NCBI GenBank assembly: GCA_964016885.1
Contig: OZ024743.1
Span: 75,392,001 to 75,456,000 of the forward strand
Length of the DNA stretch: 64,000 nt
Source of the DNA: Eledone cirrhosa
Lineage: Eukaryota
Direction of reading: 5' to 3'
The stretch's first letter is position 1. Each line of letters opens with the position of its first letter. Positions 35,457 through 49,790 of the stretch are shown one piece after another. The notes under the pieces were generated by a model. It did no database searches. It had not been told where the DNA came from and worked only from the letters and a program-made list of their open reading frames with translations. Position numbers and translations under genes: made by a program.

Positions 35457-35513
<57 letters not shown>

Positions 35514-35517
<4 letters not shown>

Positions 35518-35790
35518 TCATCGTTTTACGTTTATTATTCCACGCTAGCATGGGTTAGACGGGTTGTCCTGTTGTGGGCAGTGTCCGGTCGGCTGACCAT
35601 GCCTTGCTCATACGGGAACTGATTCTGGCTTGATTTCTACAGCTGAATGCCCTTCCTAACACCAACCTCATTTACAGTATGGGCTGGGTGCTTTTTTGCT
35701 GTGGCACCTCCACGACCACTTTGCAGTAGGAGGGTGTGTGGGCATATTGTCCATATGCTTCAGCTTCGGCTTGTACCCGTGGAGGGGTCA
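35514..35790 (-). mobile_element. RTE-tail/SINE fragment
   Basis: catcatcgttttacg...ctgaatgcccttcctaacaccaacc. Confidence 0.75.
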
Positions 35791-36126
35791 TATATATATA
35801 TCATCATCATTTTACGCCCCCTTTACTTTGCTTGCGAAGGATATATATATGTGTGCGTGTGTGTGTATGCATGTATATACCATTTCTTTCCCATGTAAAT
35901 TGGTTCCTTATCATAGACATTTAGTAAATATTACCAGACAACAGCTGACTCATTGTTATTTGGGGTGCCACCTACAAAACCTAAAGTTATGCAATGGTGT
36001 TGTTGAAACGCTAATCCATTTTGCTCATTCATAAAATGATAATAATCTTCCAAACGTTCTACATGAAATGAAAATTAAAGAATGTTGTAATTGAAAGACA
36101 GTTGGAAATCCATCAAACTCTATTTC

Positions 36127-36292
36127 AGATCTGCCAACCTCTAAAAACCCAAACGAGGAGTACCATGAAAATAAGTGCCCCAAAATGCAGAGATGTTACA
36201 TAATGAAAGCTATACCCATTTTCACAAGAGAAGACATATCTCACCCACCCCAAAGTGGGTGGGAGATCTTCCTGTCAAAAGTTGACAGGTCT
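36127..36292. mobile_element. Possible short MITE (12-bp imperfect TIR) with internal hairpin
   Basis: agatctgccaac ... gttgacaggtct; tctcacccac/gtgggtgggaga. Confidence 0.4.
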
Positions 36293-36842
36293 CCTATTTT
36301 TACTACTCTTGAAACAACAGAGTCTTTGTATAGTAGAAATAGCAGCCACAATCACCTTCAACTCTCACCTTACCATTTTCAAAAATAAGGAACAGACTCA
36401 TTGTATAATGTAATCTTAGGTACACCCTTAAAAGACAATTATTGTCATTACAGGAAGACGTTTGACCTTAGGACTGCAAAATCAGAGGTGACAGGCAAAT
36501 TTCTGTTAAACTTTAGTTCAATATCTGTATGTATGTATTCACAGACATCACCCATTGTCATTTTATGCTATTGAGTACTGTTTCTTATAAAGACAGTGGG
36601 TCACATGTAGAACAGGAGACAGAGAATAAAAGGTGGTGGTGTGTAATTTGTAGTAGATTTGGCTGCTATTTCTATCCAGCTTAGTATAAAAGTTCCCTCA
36701 TATGGTTGTTAAGTTAAACTACTAAACTATTAGCCACATTATCATGGAATCAAATCTTGCTACAGTCATTATATTTGTGAAGATATTGGGGTTACATTAT
36801 GTTCTAGAAATACAAAACTGTCATTAGGAATAAACTACACAT

Positions 36843-37150
36843 TCATCATCACTGTTTAGCGTCCATTTTTCCATGCTAGCATGGGTTAAACGAGTTGTCC
36901 TATTCTGAGTTCGATCAGATGACTATATCTTGCTCATACAGAACTGTTTTTTGCTTGGTCTCTGTGGCTGGATGCCCTTCCTAATGCCAACCACATTTAT
37001 TGGGTGCTTTTTGTTATGACACCTATATGCTCACTTTACAGTGTGGACTAGGCACTTTTTAGCATGTCACCAACATGATCACTTTACAGTGTGGACTGAG
37101 TGCTTATAGTCATGACACCAACACGACCACTTTACAATGTGGACAGGGCA
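36843..37150 (-). mobile_element. RTE 3' UTR/tail fragment with 48-bp repeats
   Basis: Reverse complement of the tail and repeat unit. Confidence 0.8.
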
Positions 37151-37198
37151 CTTATTTATATTTGTAAATCCTTCCCAAATTCCTCATTTATTAATTAA

Positions 37199-37411
37199 CC
37201 ATTTCATGACCACATTTTTTATGAAATCACTCTTTTAATTAATAAAGGAAGAATTTTGAGGGATTTGCTAAAATTATTATTTCATTATTAAATGTAAGGT
37301 TCTTATATAAAATTATGTTGAAAGATTTTAATTTAAATTGGAAACCTTTAAAATGGGTGATTTTATTTCATAGAACCAGAGTTGGTTTTGCTCAGGTTGG
37401 TAACTAAAGGG
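37199..37411 (-). mobile_element. TTAA MITE family B
   Basis: ...ggttggtaactaaaggg|ttaa. Confidence 0.8.
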
Positions 37412-37481
37412 TTAAAATTGAAAGTATTTCATTCAAAATACAGTAATGAAAGGGTTAAGAGAAGATGAGGGTCAAGATATT

Positions 37482-40234
37482 GAATGTAAGACAAGATATG
37501 TGATGGTGGGAATTTAGGTATGATAGACAGCAGGTGAGGCAAGATATGTGATGGTGAGAATGTTGGTATGACAGATACCAGGTGTAAGGCAATATATGTG
37601 ATGGGAATGTAGGTAGGACAGATACCAGGTGTAAGGCAAGCTATGTGATGGGAATGTAGGTAGGACAGATACCAGGTGTAAGGCAAGATGTGTGATGGGA
37701 ATGTAGGTAGGACAGATACCAGGTGTAAGGCAAGATATGTGATGGGAATGTAGGTAGGACAGATACCAGGTGTAAGGCAAGATATGTGATGGGAATGTAG
37801 GTAGGACAGATACCAGGTGTAAGGCAAGATGTGTGATGGGAATGTAGGTAGGACAGATACCAGGTGTAAGGCAAGATATGTGATGGGAATGTAGGTAGGA
37901 CAGATACCAGGTGTAAGGCAAGATGTGTGATGGGAATGTAGGTAGGACAGATACCAGGTGTAAGGCAAGATGTGTGATGGGAATGGAGGTAGGACAGATA
38001 CCAGGTGTAAGGCAAGATATGTGATGGGAATGGAGGTAGGACAGATACCAGGTGTAAGGCAAGATATGTGATGGGAATGTAGGTAGGACAGACACCAGGT
38101 GTAAGGCAAGATGTGTGATGGGAATGTAGGTAGGACAGATACCAGGTGTAAGGCAAGATATGTGATGGGAATGTAGGTAGGACAGATACCAGGTGTAAGG
38201 CAAGATGTGTGATGGGAATGTAGGTAGGACAGATACCAGGTGTAAGGCAAGATATGTGATGGGAATGTAGGTATGACAGATACCAGGTGTAAGGCAAGAT
38301 ATGTGATGGGAATGGAGGTAGGACAGATACCAGGTGTAAGGCAAGATATGTGATGGGAATGGAGGTAGGACAGATACCAGGTGTAAGGCAAGATATGTGA
38401 TGGGAATGTAGGTAGGACAGATACCAGGTGTAAGGCAAGATATGTGATGGGAATGGAGGTAGGACAGATACCAGGTGTAAGGCAAGATATGTGATGGGAA
38501 TGGAGGTAGGACAGATACCAGGTGTAAGGCAAGTTATGTGATGGGAATGGAGGTAGGACAGATACCAGGTGTAAGGCAAGATATGTGATGGGAATGTAGG
38601 TATGACAGATACCAGGTGTAAGGCAAGATATGTGATGGGAATGGAGGTAGGACAGATACCAGGTGTAAGGCAAGATATGTGATGGGAATGTAGGTAGGAC
38701 AGATACCAGGTGTAAGGCAAGATATGTGATGGGAATGGAGGTAGGACAGATACCAGGTGTAAGGCAAGATATGTGATGGGAATGTAGGTAGGACAGATAC
38801 CAGGTGTAAGGCAAGATATGTGATGGGAATGGAGGTAGGACAGATACCAGGTGTAAGGCAAGATATGTGATGGGAATGGAGGTAGGACAGATACCAGGTG
38901 TAAGGCAAGATATGTGATGGGAATGTAGGTAGGACAGATACCAGGTGTAAGGCAAGATGTGTGATGGGAATGTAGGTAGGACAGATACCAGGTGTAAGGC
39001 AAGATATGTGATGGGAATGTAGGTAGGACAGATACCAGGTGTAAGGCAAGATGTGTGATGGGAATGTAGGTAGGACAGATACCAGGTGTAAGGCAAGATA
39101 TGTGATGGGAATGTAGGTATGACAGATACCAGGTGTAAGGCAAGATATGTGATGGGAATGGAGGTAGGACAGATACCAGGTGTAAGGCAAGATATGTGAT
39201 GGGAATGTAGGTAGGACAGATACCAGGTGTAAGGCAAGATATGTGATGGGAATGGAGGTAGGACAGATACCAGGTGTAAGGCAAGATATGTGATGGGAAT
39301 GGAGGTAGGACAGATACCAGGTGTAAGGCAAGATATGTGATGGGAATGTAGGTAGGACAGATACCAGGTGTAAGGCAAGATATGTGATGGGAATGGAGGT
39401 AGGACAGATACCAGGTGTAAGGCAAGATATGTGATGGGAATGGAGGTAGGACAGATACCAGGTGTAAGGCAAGATATGTGATGGGAATGTAGGTAGGACA
39501 GATACCAGGTGTAAGGCAAGATATGTGATGGGAATGTAGGTAGGACAGACACCAGGTGTAAGGCAAGATATGTGATGGGAATGGAGGTAGGACAGATACC
39601 AGGTGTAAGGCAAGATATGTGATGGGAATGGAGGTAGGACAGATACCAGGTGTAAGGCAAGATATGTGATGGGAATGGAGGTAGGACAGATACCAGGTGT
39701 AAGGCAAGATATGTGATGGGAATGGAGGTAGGACAGATACCAGGTGTAAGGCAAGATATGTGATGGGAATGGAGGTAGGACAGATACCAGGTGTAAGGCA
39801 AGATATGTGATGGGAATGTAGGTAGGACAGACACCAGGTGTAAGGCAAGATATGTGATGGGAATGTAGGTAGGACAGACACCAGGTGTAAGGCAAGATAT
39901 GTGATGGGAATGGAGGTAGGACAGATACCAGGTGTAAGGCAAGATGTGTGATGGGAATGTAGGTAGGACAGACACCAGGTGTAAGGCAAGATATGTGATG
40001 GGAATGGAGGTAGGACAGATACCAGGTGTAAGGCAAGATGTGTGATGGGAATGTAGGTAGGACAGATACCAGGTGTAAGGCAAGTTATGTGATGGGAATG
40101 GAGGTAGGACAGATACCAGGTGTAAGGCAAGATGTGTGATGGGAATGGAGGTAGGACAGATACCAGGTGTAAGGCAAGTTATGTGATAGGAATGGAGGTA
40201 GGACAGACACCAGGTGTAAGGCAAGATATGTGAT
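37482..40234. repeat. Highly homogeneous 47-bp satellite, ~58 copies
   Basis: Unit gatgggaatg(t/g)aggtaggacagataccaggtgtaaggcaagatatgt. Confidence 0.98.
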
Positions 40235-40849
40235 GTAGGAGAGGTACTGTGATAATGAAAATGGGAGAAAAGAGTGATTTTAGGGGGATTAAGTATAGAT
40301 GGTGAAATGTCACACCCTGCTACATATTAGTGGCACAGTGGATACAATGGATAGATAAGGGGTTGTGTAGAGGAGTATAAGAGTGTAGCAGATAGAACAG
40401 TAGAATGGAGAAAGCGTGGAGGAGTTAATAGGAGCCTATTGGGTTCCTTATATCGGAGGGTAAGTCATCTCTAGCGCCACATGTTGCTGATCTTAGCAGT
40501 CCTTTGTTATATAGTTTCTTGAGGCACCATCACTTACACTTTACAGTGGACTGGGTACCTTTTATCATGGCACCATCATGAATGAGTTTGTTTTGGGGCT
40601 CACATGACTAAAGCAGCTTGATTAATTAATTAATTACTATGCAGTAATTAATGAGACTATTAATGGAAATAATCTATATTGAATCTTCTATTATGTATGT
40701 TGACTTGTTTGTTGTATAAATGTTTCATTGTTGAGGTAGTTGTTGTCTATATTGTTGTGGTAGTTATTGTTGTATCTATATTGTTGTCTTTGTGAATTAT
40801 TTACCATATAACAATTGGTGTTACTGATAGGATCCAAATTGGTGCTGAC

Positions 40850-42490
40850 TGATCCTGACTGTTGAAGTATGGTTAAGATGTTCCTCAGCCACTTCAAGAA
40901 CAATTTGAAGGATAGTGGTTGTCTGAAGCAGATCATGGATTTATTTGTATTGAAAGCTGGCATCGAGGTTTTACTGAAGGTGTTGTTAATGTTACATCTG
41001 AAACAGTTAAAGGACCTGTGTTTCTGCAGTATATCAGAGAGAATAATGAATAATGTGAGGCCTGAAAGGAAGTTGGTCATTACGAAACAAACCAGGTTTA
41101 TATCACTACATCAAGAATTGTCTGTAGAAATCTATGATATAGGTTCCAATATGAGACTTGTTTTGAGTTTGATAAGCTGACCAAATTATTGAAGAAGAGA
41201 CACATGGAAGGCATATGCCAAACCTGTAGATGAAAGATGGAACAAGTTATGAAATATGTCACTTGAGACATGTGTGAACTTAACATTAGAGGATTTCACT
41301 TTTCAACAGAAACAAAAGGATTTGTTATGAAGTAGAGCCTGGAATTGTTGTCTCTCATGTTACTGAAATGAAGAATTATTCAAAGTCCAAATTTTGTGGT
41401 TTGAACACATTGAATATGTATTTCGTCATCATTGTCATTTAATGTCCACTTTCCATGCTAACATGGGTTAGGGGAAATCTCCTGCAGTTGGAAAGATATG
41501 CAAATTGTGCAACAAAAAGAACCGTTTTGAATCAGTTTGTGATGTGGATCAGAAGGAAGAAGTTCTGACATTGAAATGAATGTTAACATTGCAAGGTAAG
41601 AAAAGGACTCCCTAGATGCAAATTAAATTGAATAACATCTGTGTTGGATATACAAGTGGATACTGGTAGAGAAGTTACCATAATTTCAACACACTTTTGG
41701 ATACTCATTGATCAACAGTTAAGATGCTGGCATCTTTGAAGGTTCCACAGAAACAGGCACTCAGTTATATCAGTGTTGGTTGGAAACTCTGAATAAAGTG
41801 ATGAGCTTCATGGAAATGATATACTAAATGTTGGTAGCACAAGTTGAATCAATTCTATTATACCTGGTGTTGAAGAGACCACTATACATTACAGTATTAA
41901 ATTGGAAGAAAATATACTTACTTCATAATTTAAATATAAAAAATGACCAACTCATTTTTACCAGTAGTAGTTACTTACAAAATTACGAAAATTGGTTGAA
42001 CTGAGAATATTTTGTATTTACACCTGGTGGTAGCAAATGTGCATCACCTTTTGTAATTGTACTAAAAGCAGATGGAGATTTACATATCTGTGGTGACCAC
42101 AAGGTAGGTGTTAATAACAAGATTTATTTCAACTCTTATCCAACTCCTAACATTAAATCCACATTTTACTCATGAGCAGAAATGAAATATTTTGCAAAAT
42201 TTAATCTTCAGATTTACATACCACCAAAGAGATGATGATTTCATAGCTATCATTATCATTAACACCTCAATTTGTTGAGATAGACAAAGAGATGATTTCA
42301 TAGTTATTATTATCATCAACACCCCAATTTGTTTGTGATGGACAAAAAGATGATTTCATAGTTATCATTATCATCTCAATTTGTTGAGATCGACAAGGAG
42401 ATGGTCGTTTCATAGCTATCATTATCATTAATACTTCAGTTTCTTTGTTGAGATGGACACAAATTGAAAACTCATTTTTTCACCATGCAA
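40850..42490 (+). mobile_element. Degenerate Ty3/Gypsy gag-pol remnant
   Basis: Protease IQVDTGREVTII (~41650); RT start SKCASPFVIVLKADGDLHICGDHKVGVN...SYPTPNI (~42030-42155). Confidence 0.75.
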
Positions 42491-42889
42491 TAAAGAAGTG
42501 TGTTGAATTTGGTTGGACAAATGTTTATCAGATGTTGTTGATAATTTGAAAAGTATTATTTCTGAAATTCCTGCTGATGTCAACAGAATACCATGTTACC
42601 AAATGATGCTACTCGGCATTCTTTATTATCAATTTTATCATAAGACACCCCAGCCAGTACTATATTTACCATTATGTCTCAAGTCAGGCGGGGAGACTGG
42701 CATGCATGAGCGATTGCTGGTCTTCCACAAACACACCTTGCCCAGGCTTGTACCTCAGAGGGGGACTTTCTAGGTACACACCCATGGTCGTTCATGACCG
42801 AAGGGGGCCTATTATTTAACTTAAAATCTATCATAATTTATACAATACAAATTTGTTACAAATGCATAAGATATATTTAAAAAATAAAA

Positions 42890-43166
42890 GTCTGTCTCGA
42901 GCTCAGAGGCTCATACGGCCAGTGCTTATCCTGGTTTTATGGCATGAAGTGACTGAGAGTATAAGACTCCCCACTGGACAGGACGTCAATTCATCGCAGG
43001 GTTAAACCCCCAGCTATTGCTGGTACTCATTTTCAGCTGAGTATACTGGAGCAACATGAAATGAAGTGTTGTGCTAAAGAACACAACACAAACTCAGCCC
43101 AGTAATCGAACCCACAACATTATGATTGTAAGTCCAACATCCTTACCACTAGGCCACGTGCCTCCA
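42890..43166 (-). mobile_element. tRNA-derived SINE
   Basis: Minus strand head tggaggcacgtggcctagtggtaagg...gggttcgatt. Confidence 0.85.
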
Positions 43167-43698
43167 CTGCTGCATTTAATTGTTCAGATATTGAGATATT
43201 TGCTTTAGCAAACTATGCCCATTATAGTTTTTCTTGATAGAAAATTCCTTCTTAGATTCAATCTTGATTTTATCTTTAATTCATACAAGGAATTTCTAAA
43301 GGTTAAGCCTTTGAGAATAATGAAGTGGATTATACAGCAGACAATATTATGTTGAGGTACATTCACAACTAAATTTTAGACTACAATCTCAGGATGTTTG
43401 GATGATGTTGATAATTGTATATATTGGATAGGAACTGTTCTATCTTGATAGCTTAGCTTGGTAAATATTGCATAGTCATCATTTTTACATCAACATTTCC
43501 ATGCCCAGCATCGGTTGGACATGACTTTTTGAGGCAACGTTTTACAACCAGTTGCCCTTCCTGATACCAACCCTTTTAGTAACTTCTTACGATATGCAGG
43601 GATAGGGTTTACCTATTCTAAACTGGTTACACACTACCAATGATTAAACAAAATCATTCCCAGAATTATAATGAATATCTGGCATAACTGCTCCAATA

Positions 43699-43918
43699 GG
43701 TGAAATATAGATTAATACTCCTGAGTGACTCTATATGCTGGTGAAATATAGATTAATACTCCTGAGTGACTTTATATACAGGTCAAATATAGTTTACTAC
43801 TCCTGAGTGACCTTATATACAAGTCAAATATAGATTACTACTCCTGAGTGATCTTATATATAGGTCAAATATAGATTACTACTCCTGACTGACCTTATAT
43901 ACAGGTCATATATAGATT
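43699..43918. repeat. 41-bp minisatellite, ~5.5 copies
   Basis: ggtcaaatatagattactactcctgagtgaccttatataca. Confidence 0.9.
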
Positions 43919-44938
43919 CTAGGTGTTGCTAGACATTGTCCGTGGAAATGCCTTTGCAGTCTTGTCTGTGGGGCGCAGCCATAACACTGTTGCACCCTGA
44001 GCCCAGAGCCCTCTCCCTTTCCCCACTACCTTTCATAGTCACTCCATGTTTACTATAGGGAGTATTGGTCACTCCAAGTTTACTAGTGTGAGTGAGAGAG
44101 AGAGCAAGTGGTGCATAGTAATAAGGTGCCAAAGTGTTGAAAGTCAATATAAAGTGGGAGAGAGGGTACATAGAAAGTAATGATAGGAGGATATATCTGG
44201 AATATAAACACAGCAACTTATAGTAGTATAAAATATTTAAATGCTTTTGAGCTTGCCAGGATTCAACCTGGAATCTCTGATTCATAGTTAATTGCATTAT
44301 CCATTACATCACAAGTCTCACAGCAAGTTATGTAACTTGAAGAATCAGTGGTAAACAGTTGTGATGACAAGAAGGCAAGTAGCTGGGTTAGGTGAGCTGT
44401 TCTGTTGTGAGACAAGCCAGATTAGATGACCATGTCTTGCTCGTACAGAACTGATTTGGGCTTGGTTTCTATGGCGATATTTCTAATGCCATATTTACAT
44501 GGTAATGAAAAGGTTAAAACATTGGAGATTAGTTAAATGCAGGAACATGTGGGAAGAGAAAGAGTTCCCTAGGTGTAGCATTTGCTGCAAATGTTTGGGG
44601 AGTTGTGCAAGAGAGATTATGAAATTACAGAGGTACAAGAATCAGTTTAATTAATGATTATAGATCTATCTCACCCTTTGCAATATTACAGGAAAAACAT
44701 AGCAAATATTTATGTTCTTACTAGATCTTTATCTCAAATGAAACTACTAGTTAGAAATATGTATATACAGACTAATAAAGATCTTTTCTTTAAAAACTTA
44801 GATCATAGTGACCTGTACTGTCAAGTCTCCATCAGTCATCACCACCACCCCACCCCTCCTGCTTTAAAGATGAAAGGTAAAGTGGAACTCTGAGTCCAGA
44901 TATGAAATACTCTGCCAAATTGACCAACAATAATACTA

Positions 44939-45249
44939 TTCTCGGGTCTTGAATAATCGCCCCCTCCTCCCACTTACTAATGTTTCAAAGACACCCCCAC
45001 CCCTGCTTATTAAACTTTGCTAATCTATCTCCAGCAAAATTTTATTTTAAGTGGTAGCATTCCTGTGACAATTTTCTTTATACATTAAAAAACATTATAC
45101 TAGAAATAGGATGGGTTGCGGTCTCAATATGTAAACTAAATGACTAATTCTGGTTTTTAAAAATCAAGGGAGACAACCTAGAAAAATTATCAATTTTTCC
45201 ACACACCCTGTGCTTATTCCAACCCCGTTTATTATTTAGGACCTGAGAG
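44939..45249. mobile_element. TA-flanked MITE (Tc1/mariner-type)
   Basis: TA|ttctcgggtcttgaataat ... attatttaggacctgagag|TA. Confidence 0.55.
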
Positions 45250-45347
45250 TACACTAATAAACTGTCTTTCAAAACTTGTATGGATTCTGATTCTACGCAA
45301 ACTGATTCTTGTACCTCTGTAATTTGAAGAAGAAACATCTTTTTTAA

Positions 45348-46508
45348 CCCTTTAGTTATCAACCTGACCAAAACTGGCCCTGGTTCCATGAAATAAAGCC
45401 ACCCATTTTAAAGTTTTCCAATTTAAATTAAATTCTTCCAATATAATCTATATATATGTAAACTGATGATGTCTGTCTGTGTGTGTGTGAGTTTAAATCC
45501 CTAAAACTCGAGAACCACCCAACCAACTGTTTTTAAACTTTACACATGTAATACTTATGTTTCAGGGAGTGTTCTGAGCAAAACAAATTTCAAATTTTCA
45601 ATGCCCTAGGGATTGCATTAGGCAATTTAGCAATCTCTCTCTATAATTCTTATTCTTTCTCTTTTTAGATAGATACATACATATAACGTCGCGCCCTTAT
45701 AATATCTGTATGTCTGACTGATTGTCTGCATTACGTCACTTCCCTGAGGATGTCTGTCTGTGTGTGTGTGTATGTGAGTTTGAATCCCTAAAACTCGAGA
45801 AGTACCCAACTGACTTTTTTCAAACTTTACATGTGTATTACTTATATTTCAGGGAGTGTTATGCACATAAATTCAACTTTTTGATCCCCTAGGGCCTGCA
45901 TTAGGTGAAAAACTGCATTTTTTCAGGTTTTTAGGGTTTTTTTGAGTCGTTACGTCAGACTGATTTCCTTGAAATTGTAACTATGTATTAGTCAGTCTCT
46001 TCTTCATACTGTGAGCAAAGAAAATCCAACTTTTTTATGGCCTAGGGCCCGCATTAGGTGAAAAACTTCATTTTTTCAGCTTTTTTGAGGCGTTGCGTCT
46101 AGCAGATTTTCCCGAAATTTCAAGGCATATTATGCACATAAAAAAAAATTCAACTTTTTGATCCCCTAGGGCCCGCATTAGGTGAAAACCTGCATTTTTC
46201 CTGCTTCATCGAGGAAAATCTTAAAGATTATCCAGCCATCAGAGTATTTGGTTTATTTTCTTTATGTATTGTCCACGCATGCAGTTTTTCCACAATTAGG
46301 TCTGTTGGCGGCCCACGTTCCAAAATACCTTATCCCGTGCAACGCCGGGTACCACTGCTAGTTTTATATAAGAACCTTACATCAAGTTACTATCTAAACT
46401 ATAATAAAGTCTTAGTAATGAAATAATTAATCATTTTAGTAAATTTTTCAAAATTCTTCATTAGTTAAAATAAGAGTGTATTTTATTAGAAATGTGTCCA
46501 TAAAAGGG
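45348..46508 (+). mobile_element. TTAA MITE family B interrupted by a Helitron
   Basis: Left half 45348-45446 and right half 46362-46508 rejoin to the family B consensus. Confidence 0.85.
45447..46361 (+). mobile_element. Non-autonomous Helitron (915 bp)
   Basis: A|TC...CTAG|T, no TSD, GC hairpin cccgtgcaacgccggg just upstream of CTAG. Confidence 0.85.
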
Positions 46509-47279
46509 TTAAATAGCTTTTTTGAATGAGGCAAATAACTCCATTTGGCAACTATAAAGGGCTTGGAGTTATTTGGTTGAGATATAGTTTCTAGGTCATA
46601 ATTTTATTGGAATTGTATGGAGCTGCATCCATTGTAGGCTGATGGTCTGGCAGTGGAAGAGAAGCTATTACTTGTATTGATCATGGAAAATGGTGTTATA
46701 ATGATGATGATGATGATGAGTAAGATGCTGCTACTGCTTATGACAATCAGAATTATCTGTTGATCTATTACTAGTTAGATTGAATAGAAGGAATTATTGT
46801 GAGTGAGTTAAAATTCCCAGTGGTACGTGGGCAGCAAAAATAGAAGACCTGCATGAGTACTAATAAGATAAGTATGATCTGTTGAATGTAGAATGTACTT
46901 TTGATGGATAGGTTAGATTTGTGAAATAACAAAGCCTGTTTGAATTAGAAATATTATCAAGACTAATCAAGTCATGTACATGTTTGAATTTATATAATTT
47001 ATATAGCTTCCCAACTAATCTACACACAACATTGCCTGGAAAGTTGTGAATAGAAATTTGTGGAAATCATCATCATTAATATTTTGACTTCTGTTTTTCT
47101 GCTACTAACTAGGGCTTCGAACCCATAGCAGTGGAGACTTCTGGTGCCCTAGGACCACCTCCCTACTCATCATCACTGGCACAGAGTTGGCTACCCGTAG
47201 CAGTGGAAACCTCTGGTATTCTTGGCCATAGGACCACCTCCCTACTCACCACCCATGGACACGGAGTTGGTTACCCATA

Positions 47280-47450
47280 GGTGCTTGCCATCTGAGCTGG
47301 AATGGCTCTTCCAATGTGTCTCCCTCACCATCCTCTGGGGAAACGCCTTTTCTATTTTGTCCGCTGGGACTACGGGGTGGCCAGCGCGTGGGTCCCCAAT
47401 TGCTTATAATAGTGAGTGAAAGAGGGAGAGCATCAACATACACATAATAG
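47280..47450 (+). mobile_element. CRE-type element C-terminal fragment (inverted homolog at 49190-49352)
   Basis: ELEWLFQCVSLTILWGNAFSILSAG resembles the QRLSxAxxRGNAxSIL terminus. Confidence 0.6.
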
Positions 47451-47481
47451 TGAGGGATGGGGAGAGTGAGAGAGACAGAGG

Positions 47482-48544
47482 CACTAACTGTATACTTGGT
47501 ATCTCACTAACTGTACACTAGTATCTCACTAACTGTACACTTGGTATCTCACTAACTGTACACTGGTATCTCACCAACTGTACGCTGGTATCTCACTAAT
47601 GGTACACTGGTATCTCACTAACTGTACACTTGGTATCTCACTAACTAACGGTACACTGGTATCTCACCAACTGTACGCTGGTATCTCACTAACTGTACAC
47701 TTGGTATCTCACTAACTAACGGTACACTGGTATCTCACCAACTATACGCTGGTATCTCACTAATGGTACACTGGTATCTCACTAACTGTACACTTGGTAT
47801 CTCACTAACTGTACACTGGTATCTTACTAATGGTACACTGGTATCTCACCAACTGTACACTGGTATCTCACTAACTGTACACTAGTATCTCACTAACTGT
47901 ACATTTGGTATCACTAACTGTATACTTGGTATTTCACTAACTAACGGTACACTGGTATCTCACCAACGGTACACTGGTATCTCACTAATGGTACACTGGT
48001 ATCTCACTAACTGTACACTTGGTATCTCACTAACTAACGGTACACTGGTATCTCACCAACTGTACGCTGGTATCTCACTAACTGTACACTTGGTATCTCA
48101 CTAACTGTACACTGGTATCTCACTAATGGTACACTGGTATCTCACTAACTGTACACTTGGTATCTCACTAACTGTACACTGGTATCTCACTAACTGTACA
48201 CTGGTATCTCACTAACGGTACACTGGTATCTCACTAACTGTACACTTGGTATCTCACTAACTGTACACTGGTATCTCACTAACTGTACACTGGTATCTCA
48301 CTAACTGTACACTGGTATCTCACTAACGGTACACTGGTATCTCACTAACGGTACACTGGTATCTCACTAACTGTACACTTGGTATCTCACCAACTGTACG
48401 CTGGTATCTCACTAATGGTACGCTGGTATCTCACTAATGGTACACTGGTATCTCACTAATGGTACACTGGTATCTCACTAACTGTACGCTGGTATCTCAC
48501 TAATTGTACACTGGTATCTCACTAACGGTACACTTGGTATCTCA
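47482..48544. repeat. 22-23 bp satellite, ~47 copies
   Basis: ctggtatctcactaactgtaca and variants. Confidence 0.97.
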
Positions 48545-49729
48545 TTAAACATGTAAGATATGGCCAAGTGTCACTAATATAAATTCAGTGACTTCAATAA
48601 TCTATGTAAAAACCACATATTAAGTTTCTGTCTTAGTAATGAAATAATTAATAATTTTAGTAAATCTCTCAAAATTCTTCATTAATTAATTGAAATAGAG
48701 TGTATTTCATTAGAAATATCTTAGTAATGAAAGGGTTAAAATATATTATTTTAAGACTAAAATTAATGGTTCCTGATTTAGGCACAAGGCCAACAATTTT
48801 CATTAGAAATATCTCAGTAATGAAATAGTTAATAATTTTAGTAAATTCCACTAAATTGTTAATTAATTAACTAAAATAGAGCATATTTCATTAGAAATAC
48901 AGTCATGAAAAGATTAACTACTTCGTATCTAGAACAAATACATAAATATAGGAACTTATATGGTTTAACTCCTAACACCATGTACCACAATGAAACCGCA
49001 TTAGCAAGACATTCTTGAAAGGTACAAAAATGCACTATAACTACATGATATGAAAAATTGGCGTCTTTATTGCAGTGACTATGTGACTAATAGCTTCCAT
49101 TATCAACTAATGACCATTCCTTATCTAACAGACATTTATTTATGTAGCAACTGAGTTAGAAAGACATAGAATTATATGAGGGTGTTGTGTGCGTTGATGT
49201 TTTCTCTTTTACCCACTACCTCTGTCTCTCTCTTTCTCTCCTTCTCTCACTATTATGTGCAAATGGGAGTCCACGCACTGGCGGACAGAATAGAGGTGTT
49301 TCCCCAGAGGATAGTGAGGGGACGTGCTGGAAGAGCCATTCCAGCTCGCGAGGAATTGAAACCCCATATCTTTCAGATAGCTGTTATCTGGAAGATATGG
49401 GGTTTAATCCTTTATAGCAGTCGTTGGCAAATTCTTTTCCCTTCTTTTAAGGGTCTTCACCCTATTTTATAAGCTGTCTTTATAGCATTTCCGCGCTTGA
49501 GCACTTTCTTTATACTTATATATATATACATAATAAAATAATGTTTGTATCCTGCTTAGAACTGGAGAAAGTCTTTTCATGGAAAGTATTTATGGCAAGA
49601 GATATAAACATCGTGTTTGTATTGTTAGGTTTTGTTCTTTTGTAAGTGTGCCTGGTTTTGTTATGGAGAATAATTTAAACATCTACTGTTTCATAAATAT
49701 TGCAATTTGTTTCGTTTCATTGTTTGAAG

Positions 49730-49786
49730 GTCATCCTGACTATAGAAAGCAATTAGAGAAATTCAAACTAATTCTAGGATGCTGAG
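49730..49786 (+). other. Candidate non-coding (5' UTR-like) exon
   Basis: ttcattgtttgaag| ... GAG|gtaat; stops in all three frames. Confidence 0.25.
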
Positions 49787-49790
49787 GTAA

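Noticed and set aside
37429-40224. 931/829/500-aa ORFs as a protein-coding gene
   Set aside because: Pure translation of a 47-bp satellite; the same peptide appears in all frames
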